Counted from the first letter of the stretch, positions 11,150 through 22,655 are shown. The stretch is 64,000 nucleotides of DNA from Coprothermobacterota bacterium (GCA_037440465.1 JBBIUB010000003.1:29811-93810), one strand, 5' to 3'. Numbers and translations: made by a program. Notes: generated by a model from the letters alone, not told the origin.

Positions 11150-11423
11150 CTTCTTCTCCCAGAATTTCTTTGAAGATTATCGGCTTTGCTGGAGGACGGG
11201 CGTGAGTAGGTCTTAAAGGTTGTTCTTTAATATCTTTCTTTAAGTATCTGGTTATTTCCTGAAGGATTAACAACTTGCAGGTTTTACCCTGACAGGGACC
11301 CATACCGGCTCTACTCAAACGTTTAATTTCGTCAAAAGTGGTATATCCACGCTTTAAGTATTCTCTTAAATCCTTAAGGGTTAAGTCTTCACATCTACAG
11401 ATAATTACTTTATCTTCTTTCAT
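11142..11423 (-). CDS. BFD-like [2Fe-2S] subunit
   Basis: IICRCED, RAGMGPCQGKTC and RPPAKP motifs, as in the C-terminus of sarcosine/proline dehydrogenase alpha subunits. Confidence 0.85.
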   Translation of the reverse strand: MKEDKVIICRCEDLTLKDLREYLKRGYTTFDEIKRLSRAGMGPCQGKTCKLLILQEITRYLKKDIKEQPLRPTHARPPAKPIIFKEILGEEDD

Positions 11424-11928
11424 TTAACCTTTTCAAATAAAAGTGTCTTATATCCATAACCTGATTAAGAGGCACAAGGATTGTCACCATAGGAGTCTTA
11501 GCTTTTCTCCCAGAGATTTTAACTTCATCAACTATTACCTCTCCTACGATATTTCCCTCTCTGTCAACTGCTAGAACACTTTCTCCTTTTTCAGGTAACG
11601 GCTGGAATTCGTAGGGCATAGATATTGAAGCCTGATTATTTCCAACAGTTTCGTCTATTAAGAAAATAGCCAAACCGGGGCATTCAGAAACACATAAACC
11701 ACAACCCGTGCATCTATCAAAATCAATTTCAGGTAAATCGTTAATATTAACAAACTCTTTTACAGCCTTGAAAGGACAGGCAGCATAACAAGGGTCGCAG
11801 GGTATCTCTTCAAAACACTCTATCATTGCATAAGGACCTTCACATCTTCTTTTTTTTGACGGAATAAATCTTTTTAATTCTTCTTTTGTTGGAACCCCTG
11901 TTTTTTCAAGCATACTTAAATCCTTCAA
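11410..11928 (-). CDS. 4Fe-4S ferredoxin subunit of the dehydrogenase complex
   Basis: ECFEEIPCDPCYAACP and CTGCGLCVSECPGLAIF. Confidence 0.85.
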   Translation of the reverse strand: MKDLSMLEKTGVPTKEELKRFIPSKKRRCEGPYAMIECFEEIPCDPCYAACPFKAVKEFVNINDLPEIDFDRCTGCGLCVSECPGLAIFLIDETVGNNQASISMPYEFQPLPEKGESVLAVDREGNIVGEVIVDEVKISGRKAKTPMVTILVPLNQVMDIRHFYLKRLNERR

Positions 11929-13030
11929 TTACAGATTGTTTATCATTAGTTTTTAACTTAGAAATACCTTCTTTAATTTTGAAGCTCTTAGGACCAGCTC
12001 TATATTTACTCAAGGATTCAAGTATCCTTTCTATTTCTCTATCAACACCATCTCTAATATAACCTATATCTTGAGCTGCTACCAAACCAGCTAACCTTCC
12101 TTGAAGCATAGCCGTGGTAGCTTCCTCTACTCCTGCTAAATCCCCTACCACAAAGATTTCTTTTCTTGAAGTACGCATGAATTCATCATGAAAAGGAACA
12201 AAACCACCAAGTTCTGGGATATATACAAATTTCAACCCACACTGTTCCAGAAGTTCGCCAAGCGGATTTAAACCAACTGCTAAAGAGATAACATCAACTT
12301 TGAGGACTTTTTCTGTCCCAGGTACTGGTCTTAGGTTATTATCTAAAGCAGTGATTACAGCTTCCTCTACTTTATTTTCTCCTCTCGCTTCCAGAATAGT
12401 ATGTCTTAAATAAATTGGAATGCCCATTCGCCTTATCTTACTTGCATGAACCAGATAGCCTCCTATTTTAGGCATAGCATCTAAAACACAAATGACTCTT
12501 GCTCCAGCTTGAAGAAGTTGATAGCTAACAATTAAACCAATATTTCCTGCTCCAACCATGAGATAAGTATCGCCAGGAAGGACGCCATTTACATTCATTA
12601 AAGTCTGGATAGCTCCAGCAGCATATACTCCGGGAAGATCGTTACCGGGGAAAAGAAGCATTCTCTCTGAAGCACCGGTGGCAAAAATAACCCTATCATA
12701 CCTTATTTTTTTTAAGGTCTGATTATGACTGTATATAATAGTACAATCGGGATAAAATGCAACAACCTCCCCCCCTTGAATAGTTTTAAGGTTCCCATTT
12801 TCAGAAGACTTAATTTCCTCTGATAACCTTGTGGCTATATCTATTCCTCTAACACCAGCTTGTTCCTTATAAGTACCAAAAAACTTGTGGGTTTGTTTTA
12901 TCAGTTGACCACCGAGTGTTTCTTGCCTATCAATCAGAGTAACACAAGCTCCAAGGTTAGAAGCTGCCAGTGCAGCCATAAGGCCTGCTGGACCACCTCC
13001 AACTACCAGAACCTGAGTATCTTTCATCAA
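11906..13030 (-). CDS. NAD(P)/FAD-dependent oxidoreductase (alpha-like subunit)
   Basis: VVGGGPAGLMAA, LGGQLIKQTHKFFG, ATGASER, FPGNDLPGV, GAGNIGLIV. Confidence 0.85.
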   Translation of the reverse strand: MMKDTQVLVVGGGPAGLMAALAASNLGACVTLIDRQETLGGQLIKQTHKFFGTYKEQAGVRGIDIATRLSEEIKSSENGNLKTIQGGEVVAFYPDCTIIYSHNQTLKKIRYDRVIFATGASERMLLFPGNDLPGVYAAGAIQTLMNVNGVLPGDTYLMVGAGNIGLIVSYQLLQAGARVICVLDAMPKIGGYLVHASKIRRMGIPIYLRHTILEARGENKVEEAVITALDNNLRPVPGTEKVLKVDVISLAVGLNPLGELLEQCGLKFVYIPELGGFVPFHDEFMRTSRKEIFVVGDLAGVEEATTAMLQGRLAGLVAAQDIGYIRDGVDREIERILESLSKYRAGPKSFKIKEGISKLKTNDKQSVIEGFKYA

Positions 13031-13332
13031 AAAATTCCTTTACCTTCCTGGGTATGGATCTTCATGCCTTCTCTTAACGGGGTTACACATATTCGTACAT
13101 TAGGCATACCATCAACTTCCATAAGGCAGGAAGAACAGTTCCCAATAACGCAAAAAAATCCCCGAGGTCTCTTTAGTTTAATAGAAGTGTGAAAGTTATA
13201 TATTCCATAAGAAATTAATGCTGAGGCAATTGTATCTCCCTCAAAACCAGATAATTCTTTTCCATTAAAGGTAAAAGAGATTATTTTCCGGCGTGGAAAA
13301 TTAAGAATGGGATGTTTCAAAATTCTCTTCAA
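13027..13332 (-). CDS. [2Fe-2S] subunit of the dehydrogenase complex
   Basis: GDTIASAL, RPRGFFCVIGNCSSCLMEVDG and RICVTP motifs. Confidence 0.85.
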   Translation of the reverse strand: MKRILKHPILNFPRRKIISFTFNGKELSGFEGDTIASALISYGIYNFHTSIKLKRPRGFFCVIGNCSSCLMEVDGMPNVRICVTPLREGMKIHTQEGKGIF

Positions 13333-13494
13333 GGAAGAGATTCTCCTTGATAGCAGGTGTTTATCTTTATATTAAAACAAAACCAGATTAACATCAGAAA
13401 AAGTATAACATAGTAAAACCACTAAAAAGTTCACTTAAACCTCTTGAATTCATAAATCAAAATGGTCTAACTAATTTAAGCTTAGTATATATTT

Positions 13495-14223
13495 TTAAGG
13501 AGAATGAGCTTCCGTAGCTGGTAAAGTTCCATCAAAAAACAACTTACCTCCCTTCAAGGTCAGGGATTTTATGGATAAACCTGAAACAGTCTTAAGACGA
13601 GCTTCAATAAAATTGATAATATCCTCATTTGATATAGGAAACAATCCCAATTCTAAAGGAACAGGTAACCTGCCTATCTCCAGTTTTTTAATATCTAACT
13701 CTATTTCATTGTTAATTATTGAACCGGTACCCTTAATATAAAATGGAGGATTGGTTTTTAGAAAACCAACTCTTTTCATAGCAGATTCTGCTTGATCTGA
13801 ATCTACACCAAAGGCTTTAAGGCAGGGAATAATACGGTCCACCAGTATTACTCCAGAGGCTTCAGCCATTCCATCCTCATGGATTTTAAGTTGAACATCC
13901 TTAACGGGAAAGTATTTCCAGGGACGATTGTGAATAAGGGCGGTTAATTCTTTATCAGTAAACGAGGTTTTAACAACCTTTGTTCCTGAATATTTCAGGC
14001 TTTCTTCTGGGGATAAGTCTGATGGGAGTAACACATATTTTGTACCTGTTTTAGACCTACCAGTATTAAAATCATCTTGTGTAAAAGTTGCTCCGAGATC
14101 TTTGGGTTTATCAGAACCAAATATCCTGGACACTCCAGGGATCAGTCCAAAATACCCTAATATGAGGACAGCTATTACAACAACAATACCAATAAAAATA
14201 ATGAGTCTAAGAATCACTTTCAT
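13495..14223 (-). CDS. Hypothetical membrane-anchored/exported protein
   Basis: 242-aa ORF with an N-terminal hydrophobic helix and an AGGGGG SD; no family recognised. Confidence 0.7.
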   Translation of the reverse strand: MKVILRLIIFIGIVVVIAVLILGYFGLIPGVSRIFGSDKPKDLGATFTQDDFNTGRSKTGTKYVLLPSDLSPEESLKYSGTKVVKTSFTDKELTALIHNRPWKYFPVKDVQLKIHEDGMAEASGVILVDRIIPCLKAFGVDSDQAESAMKRVGFLKTNPPFYIKGTGSIINNEIELDIKKLEIGRLPVPLELGLFPISNEDIINFIEARLKTVSGLSIKSLTLKGGKLFFDGTLPATEAHSP

Positions 14224-14233
14224 TTTTTCCCCC

Positions 14234-15261
14234 TTATAAGGATAAGTTGTTTTTCATTATATCACTAAAGTTCAAAGAATTAAGAGGAATGGGTGTTAAC
14301 TTTTTCTCATAATATTTCCAGGCAGGTTGTCTAACGAAGCCAAGCTCTTCATTTATAGCCAACATGCCCGTATTAATTGAGTCGTTCCATGTTTTAATGG
14401 TTTTATATCCATAGTTCTTTGCATATTCTATAGCCTTATATTTTAAAGCCATAGCTATACCACGTCTGTGGTATTCTGGCCTTATCCCCGTAAGTCCCTG
14501 ATATAAATCCTGAGGTGAGGCTTTGGAAATATGCAAACAACACCGTCCAATATAAAATTCTTTATCCTTAGCAATAAAGTAAGCATCAGGCATGAGGGTA
14601 GGAGACTTAAAATGGCTTCGTTTATACTCTTCAAAAGTAATAGGAGTATAGGGGTCTGGCTTGGGGACATCTCTCCAGAGGGTATTATCCAATTCAAAAA
14701 GCCTGTAATCCCAATCAGTAGTCTTTTCCTTCTCCTCTATCATGGTAGTAAAATCTATCCCCTGCTTTAAAACAGTTTCCAGGGATGAATAAAATTCTTC
14801 AAGTTTAAAATCCTGCAAATTCAGCCTTGATTCCCATTCACGCCTTTTTTCTTCAAATCCTCTTTTTTCCAGAAAGGTTGCTACCTCTTTTCTATCCTCC
14901 CGTGCATTTGCCCTCAAGATAACAGCATTTAGAGAGTTCACCTCTTCCAATATCTTTTCGTATAGAAGAGTTCCAATACCCTGTTTCTGCCTCAGGGGAT
15001 GTACCTGTATATTCACCCGGAATTTCTTTGGATGAAACATTTCGGGCTCGTGATGAAAAAGACCATAGGAAACTATCTCGTCTCCAGGTTGAATAACTAC
15101 CACATACCTTTTTTGTAGATACTTCGTCCTATCAAAACTTTCATCCCAATGACGAAGTTCCTCTACAGTGCTGGGATATTCGGGGTAATTTGCACTCTCT
15201 ATTCTACTATTGCTTCATAACCATCAGGTTTAAACTCCCTCAAAAATACAGATTGAGCCAT
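14234..15261 (-). pseudogene. Tandem-domain GNAT acetyltransferase with a 1-nt frameshift near the 5' end
   Basis: Two acetyl-CoA motifs (RQKQGIG, HRRGIA) and NEELGF. The N-terminus MAQSVFLREFKPDGYEAIVE (ATG 15261) joins IESANYPEYP... only if one A is added near 15202. Confidence 0.7.
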
Positions 15262-15354
15262 TTATACATATCTCTTTGGTTCAAGCAATTTAATTATTTT
15301 TTAATTATACATCTATTTTATGCTAATCTATATAAAAATAAAGGCAGGTGATAA

Positions 15355-16818
<1,464 letters not shown>

Positions 16819-16819
16819 T

Positions 16820-16848
16820 TTGCATTTAAACACTAAATTTGATATAAT
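16820..16848 (+). promoter_or_regulatory. Sigma70-type promoter of rpmB
   Basis: TTGCAT-N17-TATAAT with an extended -10 TG. Confidence 0.65.
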
Positions 16849-16884
16849 GTATAGTTAATATTGTTAAGGGAGGATTAGTTTTAG

Positions 16885-17076
16885 ATGTCCAAATTTTGTG
16901 ACTTATGCGGAAAAGGACCAGGTAGTGGTAATCATGTAAGTAAATCTAAAGTTATGGTAAAAAGGCGATGGTTACCCAACTTACATAAGATAAAAGCTCG
17001 CATTGGCGATTCAGTAAAATTAGTTAAAGTTTGTAGTAAGTGTCTTAAAGCTCAGAAAGTTGTTAAGGTAGTTTAA
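16885..17076 (+). CDS. rpmB: 50S ribosomal protein L28 (zinc-binding form)
   Basis: CDLCGKGP, GNHVS, RRWLPNL and VCSKCLK motifs. Confidence 0.95.
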   Translation: MSKFCDLCGKGPGSGNHVSKSKVMVKRRWLPNLHKIKARIGDSVKLVKVCSKCLKAQKVVKVV

Positions 17077-17525
17077 CTTTGCTGACCTTTTAATAAGCGA
17101 GAGATCTCACGCCTGGTCTCTCGCTTTTTTATTTCTTCCCTTTTATCAATGAGTCTTTTCCCTCTACCAAGCGATATTGATACCTTAACCCAGCTGTTTT
17201 TAAAGTATATTTTGGTTGGTACAAGTGCAAAACCTTTTTGACTTACCTGTCCAATAAGACGACTTATCTCTCTTTTATTTAGAAGAAGTTTACGGGGTCT
17301 ATCCTCTTTAGGAGCAAACGTTGAGGTTGTTTTATATCTTCCGATGTGAAGGCCATGAAGCCAGATCTCTCCATCTATAATCTCACAATGGGCACTTTTG
17401 AAGGAAGCTCTCCCTTCTCTAATGGCTTTAACTTCAGAGCCCAGAAGCACTATTCCTGCTTCCCTGCTATCCTCCAGCTCAAAGTTAGCTATAGCTTTTC
17501 TATTTACTCCTATTATTTTTTCCAT
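17073..17525 (-). CDS. smpB: SsrA-binding protein SmpB
   Basis: NRKA, EAGIVLLGSEVKAIR, RKLLLNKREI, GKRLIDKRE. Confidence 0.95.
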   Translation of the reverse strand: MEKIIGVNRKAIANFELEDSREAGIVLLGSEVKAIREGRASFKSAHCEIIDGEIWLHGLHIGRYKTTSTFAPKEDRPRKLLLNKREISRLIGQVSQKGFALVPTKIYFKNSWVKVSISLGRGKRLIDKREEIKKRETRREISRLLKGQQS

Positions 17526-17600
17526 AATATTATTATATGTTGAAAATCTGTATTTTTAAGCTTTATAATGTTATATGAGTTATAAAAAAAGGAGGATGAT

Positions 17601-19373
17601 ATGAAGTTAAAGATTTTACTATTTACCATAATGTTTATTCTTATTCTCCCTTCTCAGGTATTAGCCAAAGATTATTCCATACCCACGGTATCCATAAAAG
17701 CTGTAATAAATCAGGATGGAAATTTTAGTTTTTATGAAGAGAGAACCTTCAGTTTTGACGGCTCATTCTCCTTTGGATTCTACGATCTTCCAAGACAAGG
17801 TTTTAAAACCCTCTACGGGGTCCAGGTACTTGAAGATGGTAACCCCCTGATTAATGAAACCAGTAAAAATGCTGGTACTTTTTATATTGAAGAGTTCCCT
17901 GATAAATATAGAATCCATTATTTTTATAATGCTTACTATGAAAAGAAAACTTTCACCTTTATATTCACAGCTAAAGAGGCAGTTAAGGTTTATGAAGACT
18001 ATGGTGAATTCTATTGGAAACTTCAAGGGAGTGGTTGGGAAAGGCCTGTAGGAGATTTCAGTGCTGAAATTGAGTTAGTTCAACCCGTTCCAGTTGATGA
18101 TTTCTTAGTCTGGGCACACGGACCACTTTGGGGAGAGATCAAAAAATTAAATGAACAAAAAATACTTGTTAAGGTTTTAAATGTACCCTCTAACACCTTT
18201 GTAGAAGCCCGAATTCTTATTCCATCATCTTATTTTGTAGATGCCATTATAAAAAAAGGGGTTATTAAAGATAAGGTGTTAAAAGAGGAAGGCTCGCTTG
18301 TAAGAAGAGCAAATCGTATCAGGTTTATTTTGAAATCTCTCCCTTTTTTAAGCCTTCTTATATTTGCTGTACTACTAATAATATTCTTTCGTGTATATTC
18401 TAAATATGGCTTAGAATTCAATATCCCCAAAAACTTCATATATTACAGAGAACCTCCCTCAAAAATGACTCCTGCTATAGTCGGTTCTATATTAAGTTTC
18501 AATAAATTTAAGCCAAGTTTTCTACAGGCTACAATTCTTGACCTTCTAAGAAAAGGTTATATCGAAATGGAAGAGATACCAAAAAAACAACGAAGGAATG
18601 ATTATCTTCTAAAACTTGTAAATAATCACTTTGGAAAGTTAGAAGATTTTGAACAACTTCTATTAAATAGAATCCTCTTTGATAAATCACCAGAAGTAAT
18701 AATCTCGCAACTCCCTAAAAAAATGCAATCAAATAAGACTCATTATAAATATGTCTTTGACGATTTTATTAAAAAAATAAACAATGAAGTAATAAAAAAT
18801 AAATATTTTGATACTAAAAGCGAAAAAATTTCCTGGGTTATCCTGGGAGTTGGTATATTTCTGATGTTTATAACTCTACCTTTAGCAGCAATTCTTCACC
18901 CATCTTTTACAATTCTATATATATCAGGTGTCACCTATATTCTTGGAGGAATTTTTGCCATACCCAGAAGAACTACTAAAGGCAAGGAAGAGTTTGATAA
19001 ATGGTTGGGATTTAAATCTTTTCTTAAAGACTTCTCTAATCTTAAGGAATATGGACCAAAATCCATAATTATCTGGGAGGAATACTTGGTGTATGCCACC
19101 GTCTTTGGTGTTGCTAAGAATGTACTAAAAGTTCTTAAAATCACTTTTCCTCAAATTAATGATATAGATAAATCCAGAATATTTGCTTTTACTTCCCTTT
19201 CCTCAGGTATGCCTGCTTCTAATATTAATCAGGCTTTCTCTTCGTTAAATAGTGCGTTCTCTTCCTTAGGAAAGGTAGCCTCCATCAGTTATAGTTCTTC
19301 TTCCGGTGGAGGTGGAGGATTCTCCGGTGGTGGAGGTGGTGGAGGTGGAGGGTCTGGTGGAGGGGTAGGTTAA
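17601..19373 (+). CDS. DUF2207 family membrane protein
   Basis: Signal peptide, WAHGPL, ATILDLLRKGYI, WLGFKSFL, WEEYLVYATVFGV and an S/G-rich tail. Confidence 0.88.
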   Translation: MKLKILLFTIMFILILPSQVLAKDYSIPTVSIKAVINQDGNFSFYEERTFSFDGSFSFGFYDLPRQGFKTLYGVQVLEDGNPLINETSKNAGTFYIEEFPDKYRIHYFYNAYYEKKTFTFIFTAKEAVKVYEDYGEFYWKLQGSGWERPVGDFSAEIELVQPVPVDDFLVWAHGPLWGEIKKLNEQKILVKVLNVPSNTFVEARILIPSSYFVDAIIKKGVIKDKVLKEEGSLVRRANRIRFILKSLPFLSLLIFAVLLIIFFRVYSKYGLEFNIPKNFIYYREPPSKMTPAIVGSILSFNKFKPSFLQATILDLLRKGYIEMEEIPKKQRRNDYLLKLVNNHFGKLEDFEQLLLNRILFDKSPEVIISQLPKKMQSNKTHYKYVFDDFIKKINNEVIKNKYFDTKSEKISWVILGVGIFLMFITLPLAAILHPSFTILYISGVTYILGGIFAIPRRTTKGKEEFDKWLGFKSFLKDFSNLKEYGPKSIIIWEEYLVYATVFGVAKNVLKVLKITFPQINDIDKSRIFAFTSLSSGMPASNINQAFSSLNSAFSSLGKVASISYSSSSGGGGGFSGGGGGGGGGSGGGVG

Positions 19374-19390
19374 TAAAACCAATATGCAAA

Positions 19391-19417
19391 GAGACCCTGA
19401 AACAAATTCAAGGTGAC
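19391..19417. repeat. REP-like palindromic element (single copy)
   Basis: GAGACCCTGAAACAAATTCAAGGTGAC forms a short hairpin between convergent genes and resembles the GTCATCCTGAA...TTCAGGATCT-type intergenic repeat. Confidence 0.45.
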
Positions 19418-19478
19418 AATTACGCTCATGGAATTTCCATTAATATAATTAGTTATAAGTATTTACTGAACTACAGTT

Positions 19479-20654
19479 CTATAGTTTGTTCAGAAAATCC
19501 TTTATCTTCTCTACTGCTAACGTTATATTCTCCAGGCTGTTAGCGAAGGAAAAACGAATATGTCCCTCTCCATAAGAACCGAATGCTGTTCCCGATAAAC
19601 CAGCAACTCCTGCTTCGTTAAGCAGACGCGAAGCCAGCTCCTGGGAGTTCAACCCAAACCCTCTGAAGCTTGGGAACACATAGAAAGCTCCATCTGGTGG
19701 TACACAACGAACACCGGGAATTTCATTTAGAGCCTTTACAAAAAATTCTCTTCTACGTTTGAACTCTGTTACCATATTTTCTGACTCTGTTTGGGGACCT
19801 TCTAAAGCTTCGATTCCTGCCATCTGCACAAAAGCAGTAGCATGTGAATATGTATTAATAGATAAAGTAGTCATTTTAGCTACAAGGTCTTTTGGAGCTA
19901 CTCCAAATCCCAATCGCCAGCCAGTCATAGCATAAATTTTTGAGAAACCATCAATAATGATGCTCTGGTCTTTCATACCTGATAGAGAACAAATTGAAGG
20001 AGTGGGTATGCTCATGTCGTAGGCTATTCTGTTATAAATCTCATCTGTCATCACCCAGATGCCCTTACCTCTTACTAAATCAGCTATCTCTTTAAGCTCC
20101 TCCATTGCATGAGTAGCGCCAGTAGGGTTATGAGGAGTATTCATAATTAACATCTTTGTCTTAGGATTAATAAGCCTTTTTAACAAAGATAAATCTGGTT
20201 TGAACTGATTTTCTTCCAGATAGGGTAGAGGTACTGGTATACCACCAACAAAGTTGATTAAAGACTCATAAATTGGATAGCCTGGATTTGGATATATAAC
20301 TTCATCACCCACATCTACCAGTGCAGTAATCGCAAAGTTCATAACGGGTTTGGCTCCCGCGGTAATAATTACTTCATCAGGAGATACTTCTATTCCCCTC
20401 AATCTTCCAGCATACCTCGCTATTGCTTCTCTAACAGTTCTTATGCCAGGCGCTGGAACATAGTGAGTATAACCATCTTGCAATGCTTTAAAAGCAGATT
20501 CTTTTATATTTGAAGGTGTATCAAAATCTGGTTCACCTATCTCAAGATGAATGATGGTTTTCCCCTGAGCTTCCAGAGCCCTCGCTTTAGCTAAAACTTC
20601 AAAGGCTCCTTCAGTACCCAGCCTTGACATTCTATTTGCATAAAATTGATCCAA
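19479..20654 (-). CDS. Class I/II PLP aminotransferase (aspartate aminotransferase-like)
   Basis: IGEPDFDTP, NTPHNPTG, DEIY, GFSKIYAMTGWRLG. Confidence 0.92.
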   Translation of the reverse strand: MDQFYANRMSRLGTEGAFEVLAKARALEAQGKTIIHLEIGEPDFDTPSNIKESAFKALQDGYTHYVPAPGIRTVREAIARYAGRLRGIEVSPDEVIITAGAKPVMNFAITALVDVGDEVIYPNPGYPIYESLINFVGGIPVPLPYLEENQFKPDLSLLKRLINPKTKMLIMNTPHNPTGATHAMEELKEIADLVRGKGIWVMTDEIYNRIAYDMSIPTPSICSLSGMKDQSIIIDGFSKIYAMTGWRLGFGVAPKDLVAKMTTLSINTYSHATAFVQMAGIEALEGPQTESENMVTEFKRRREFFVKALNEIPGVRCVPPDGAFYVFPSFRGFGLNSQELASRLLNEAGVAGLSGTAFGSYGEGHIRFSFANSLENITLAVEKIKDFLNKL

Positions 20655-20759
20655 TTTATATTACCTCCTGGGTTTTAATTCTTACTAATTATAACATCAA
20701 AATAAGTGATTAAGAGAACGCATGTTATAATAGATAAAAAGATGTTTTGGAGGAATAAT

Positions 20760-21512
20760 GTGGAAATAAAGGTTTTAAATGAAAATGTAGATGACCTTTA
20801 TAACTTCTGTGCGCCTACTATTGAAAGCCTTAAAGAAAGCACTTCTTTTTTTTCTAAAAATACTCAAGAGGGTTGGTTGGGAATGGTAGTTTATGATGAA
20901 GGAATGGTTAAAGCCATGGCCTGCCTTCAACCCCTGGAAACCTCCATGGTCAACCTGGAAGGTGAAGACCTATACTTCCTGCCCTGTTTCTGGGTAAAAC
21001 CAGGAGAAGAAAAGAAAGGCTATGGTAAGGCTTTGATGGACAAAGTTCTTGAGTTATCCGGCTCAAAAAAAGGTGTGGTCACAGAGACAGAAGAAGAATG
21101 GATGCCGGCTTCCTTTTTTAAGAAATTTGGCTTTGAAAAGGTGATAGAGAAGGATCCTATTAAAATCCTCCTCAAGAAATTTGACCCTAAAGCCTGTATT
21201 AGTATGATCCCCACTGGTTTCCAGCCCCTAATAGTTCCAAATAAAATAATAATTGAGGTTGTATACAACCCCCTCTGTCCTTATATACTGAACAACTATG
21301 AAGTGGCTATCAATAAATCTCTGGAGTTCGCTCCTTATGTTCATGTATTAAAACATTATATTACTTGTAGAGAAGATACACTTAAATTTGGGGAGAGTAA
21401 TTTTTATGTAGATGGAGATACTCCTTTTAGGGGACCTGTTAACCTTGAAAAATTAGTAATAATGATAAAAGATAAAATTGAAGTAATAACAAAAACTGGA
21501 GGGGGAATTTAA
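20760..21512 (+). CDS. GNAT family acetyltransferase (YoaP-like)
   Basis: CFWVKPGEEKKGYGKALM, FFKKFGF and CPY motifs. Start moved from 20706 to GTG 20760, which follows a GGAGGA SD. Confidence 0.7.
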   Translation: MEIKVLNENVDDLYNFCAPTIESLKESTSFFSKNTQEGWLGMVVYDEGMVKAMACLQPLETSMVNLEGEDLYFLPCFWVKPGEEKKGYGKALMDKVLELSGSKKGVVTETEEEWMPASFFKKFGFEKVIEKDPIKILLKKFDPKACISMIPTGFQPLIVPNKIIIEVVYNPLCPYILNNYEVAINKSLEFAPYVHVLKHYITCREDTLKFGESNFYVDGDTPFRGPVNLEKLVIMIKDKIEVITKTGGGI

Positions 21513-21520
21513 ATTCCTTT

Positions 21521-22504
21521 ATGCCAGCTAATCTACCCCCTCAATATTATGAAGCAGAAAGAAGATACAGAGAAGCTAAAATTGTAGAAGACAAGATTGA
21601 AGCTCTCAGGGAAATGATGGCTATCATGCCTAAACACAAGGGCACTGATAAACTGAGGGCAGACCACAGAAAAAAACTATCAAAACTTCTGGAAGAATCT
21701 CAGAAAAGACCTAAAAAGCTGGGAAGAGGTCTGGATCACATTCCTAGAGAAGGCATAGCTCAGGTTGTTCTAGTTGGTCCACCAAACTCAGGGAAATCTT
21801 CTTTCTTAAATTTGGTCACTAACGCTGAGTCAATTGTAGCTGATTATCCTTTTTCCACTTCCATGCCATCAGTTGGCATGATGACTTTTGAAGATATCCA
21901 GATTCAACTTGTTGATTTGCCACCCATTTGGAAAAGTACTGAATCCTGGGTATATAACCTTATTCGTAACTGTGATCTGGCTTTGATTTTCCTTGATTTA
22001 AGCAGCGATAATCCAGGAGAAGACCTTTTTTCTCTTTTAGAACAATTCAAAGAACGTAAGATTATCATAACCCAAAAAAAAGAAGAGCAGGACGAAGAAT
22101 CATCTTATAGACAAATTCCAGGTATAGTAATCTGTAATAAATCTGATCTTTCAGACTCTCCAAGCAAGATAAAGAATATTGAAGATGTATCTAATAAACT
22201 TAAAATTATTCTCATTTCTACCCTAAACCATACAAATATTGATGAGACAAAAAGAATCATCTTTGACTCATTGAGCCTGATAAGAGTCTATACAAAAAAA
22301 CCAGGTTATCCACCTGACCTGAAACAACCTTATATTCTTCCAGTTGGCAGCACAATGTTAGATGTCGTTTCAGCTATTCATAAGGATTTAATCAAATTTC
22401 TTAAATTCGCCCGTATCTGGAGTAAAGATGGTCTAATCAAGGGTATGCCTATTGAAAAAGGTTACATTGTTAAAGATGGTGATATCTTAGAATTTCATCG
22501 CTAA
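21521..22504 (+). CDS. DRG/OBG family GTPase with TGS domain
   Basis: MPANLPPQY, PKHKGTDKL, GPPNSGKS, ADYPFST, IQLVDLP, NKSD and a C-terminal TGS domain (DGDILEFH). Confidence 0.9.
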   Translation: MPANLPPQYYEAERRYREAKIVEDKIEALREMMAIMPKHKGTDKLRADHRKKLSKLLEESQKRPKKLGRGLDHIPREGIAQVVLVGPPNSGKSSFLNLVTNAESIVADYPFSTSMPSVGMMTFEDIQIQLVDLPPIWKSTESWVYNLIRNCDLALIFLDLSSDNPGEDLFSLLEQFKERKIIITQKKEEQDEESSYRQIPGIVICNKSDLSDSPSKIKNIEDVSNKLKIILISTLNHTNIDETKRIIFDSLSLIRVYTKKPGYPPDLKQPYILPVGSTMLDVVSAIHKDLIKFLKFARIWSKDGLIKGMPIEKGYIVKDGDILEFHR

Positions 22505-22655
22505 CGAAGAGTGATAGGTGACCACTCATCACAGCTTTTAAATTACCCGTCACATATTACGAATTACAATTTACACACCACACATCCCTTAACCCATGAA
22601 ACCTACCCAAATGCTATAATAATTTTATAAAACCCATTAAAAAAGGAGGTTTTAA

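Noticed and set aside
19303..19370. GGT/GGA low-complexity repeat
   Set aside because: It encodes the normal glycine-rich tail of DUF2207 proteins.
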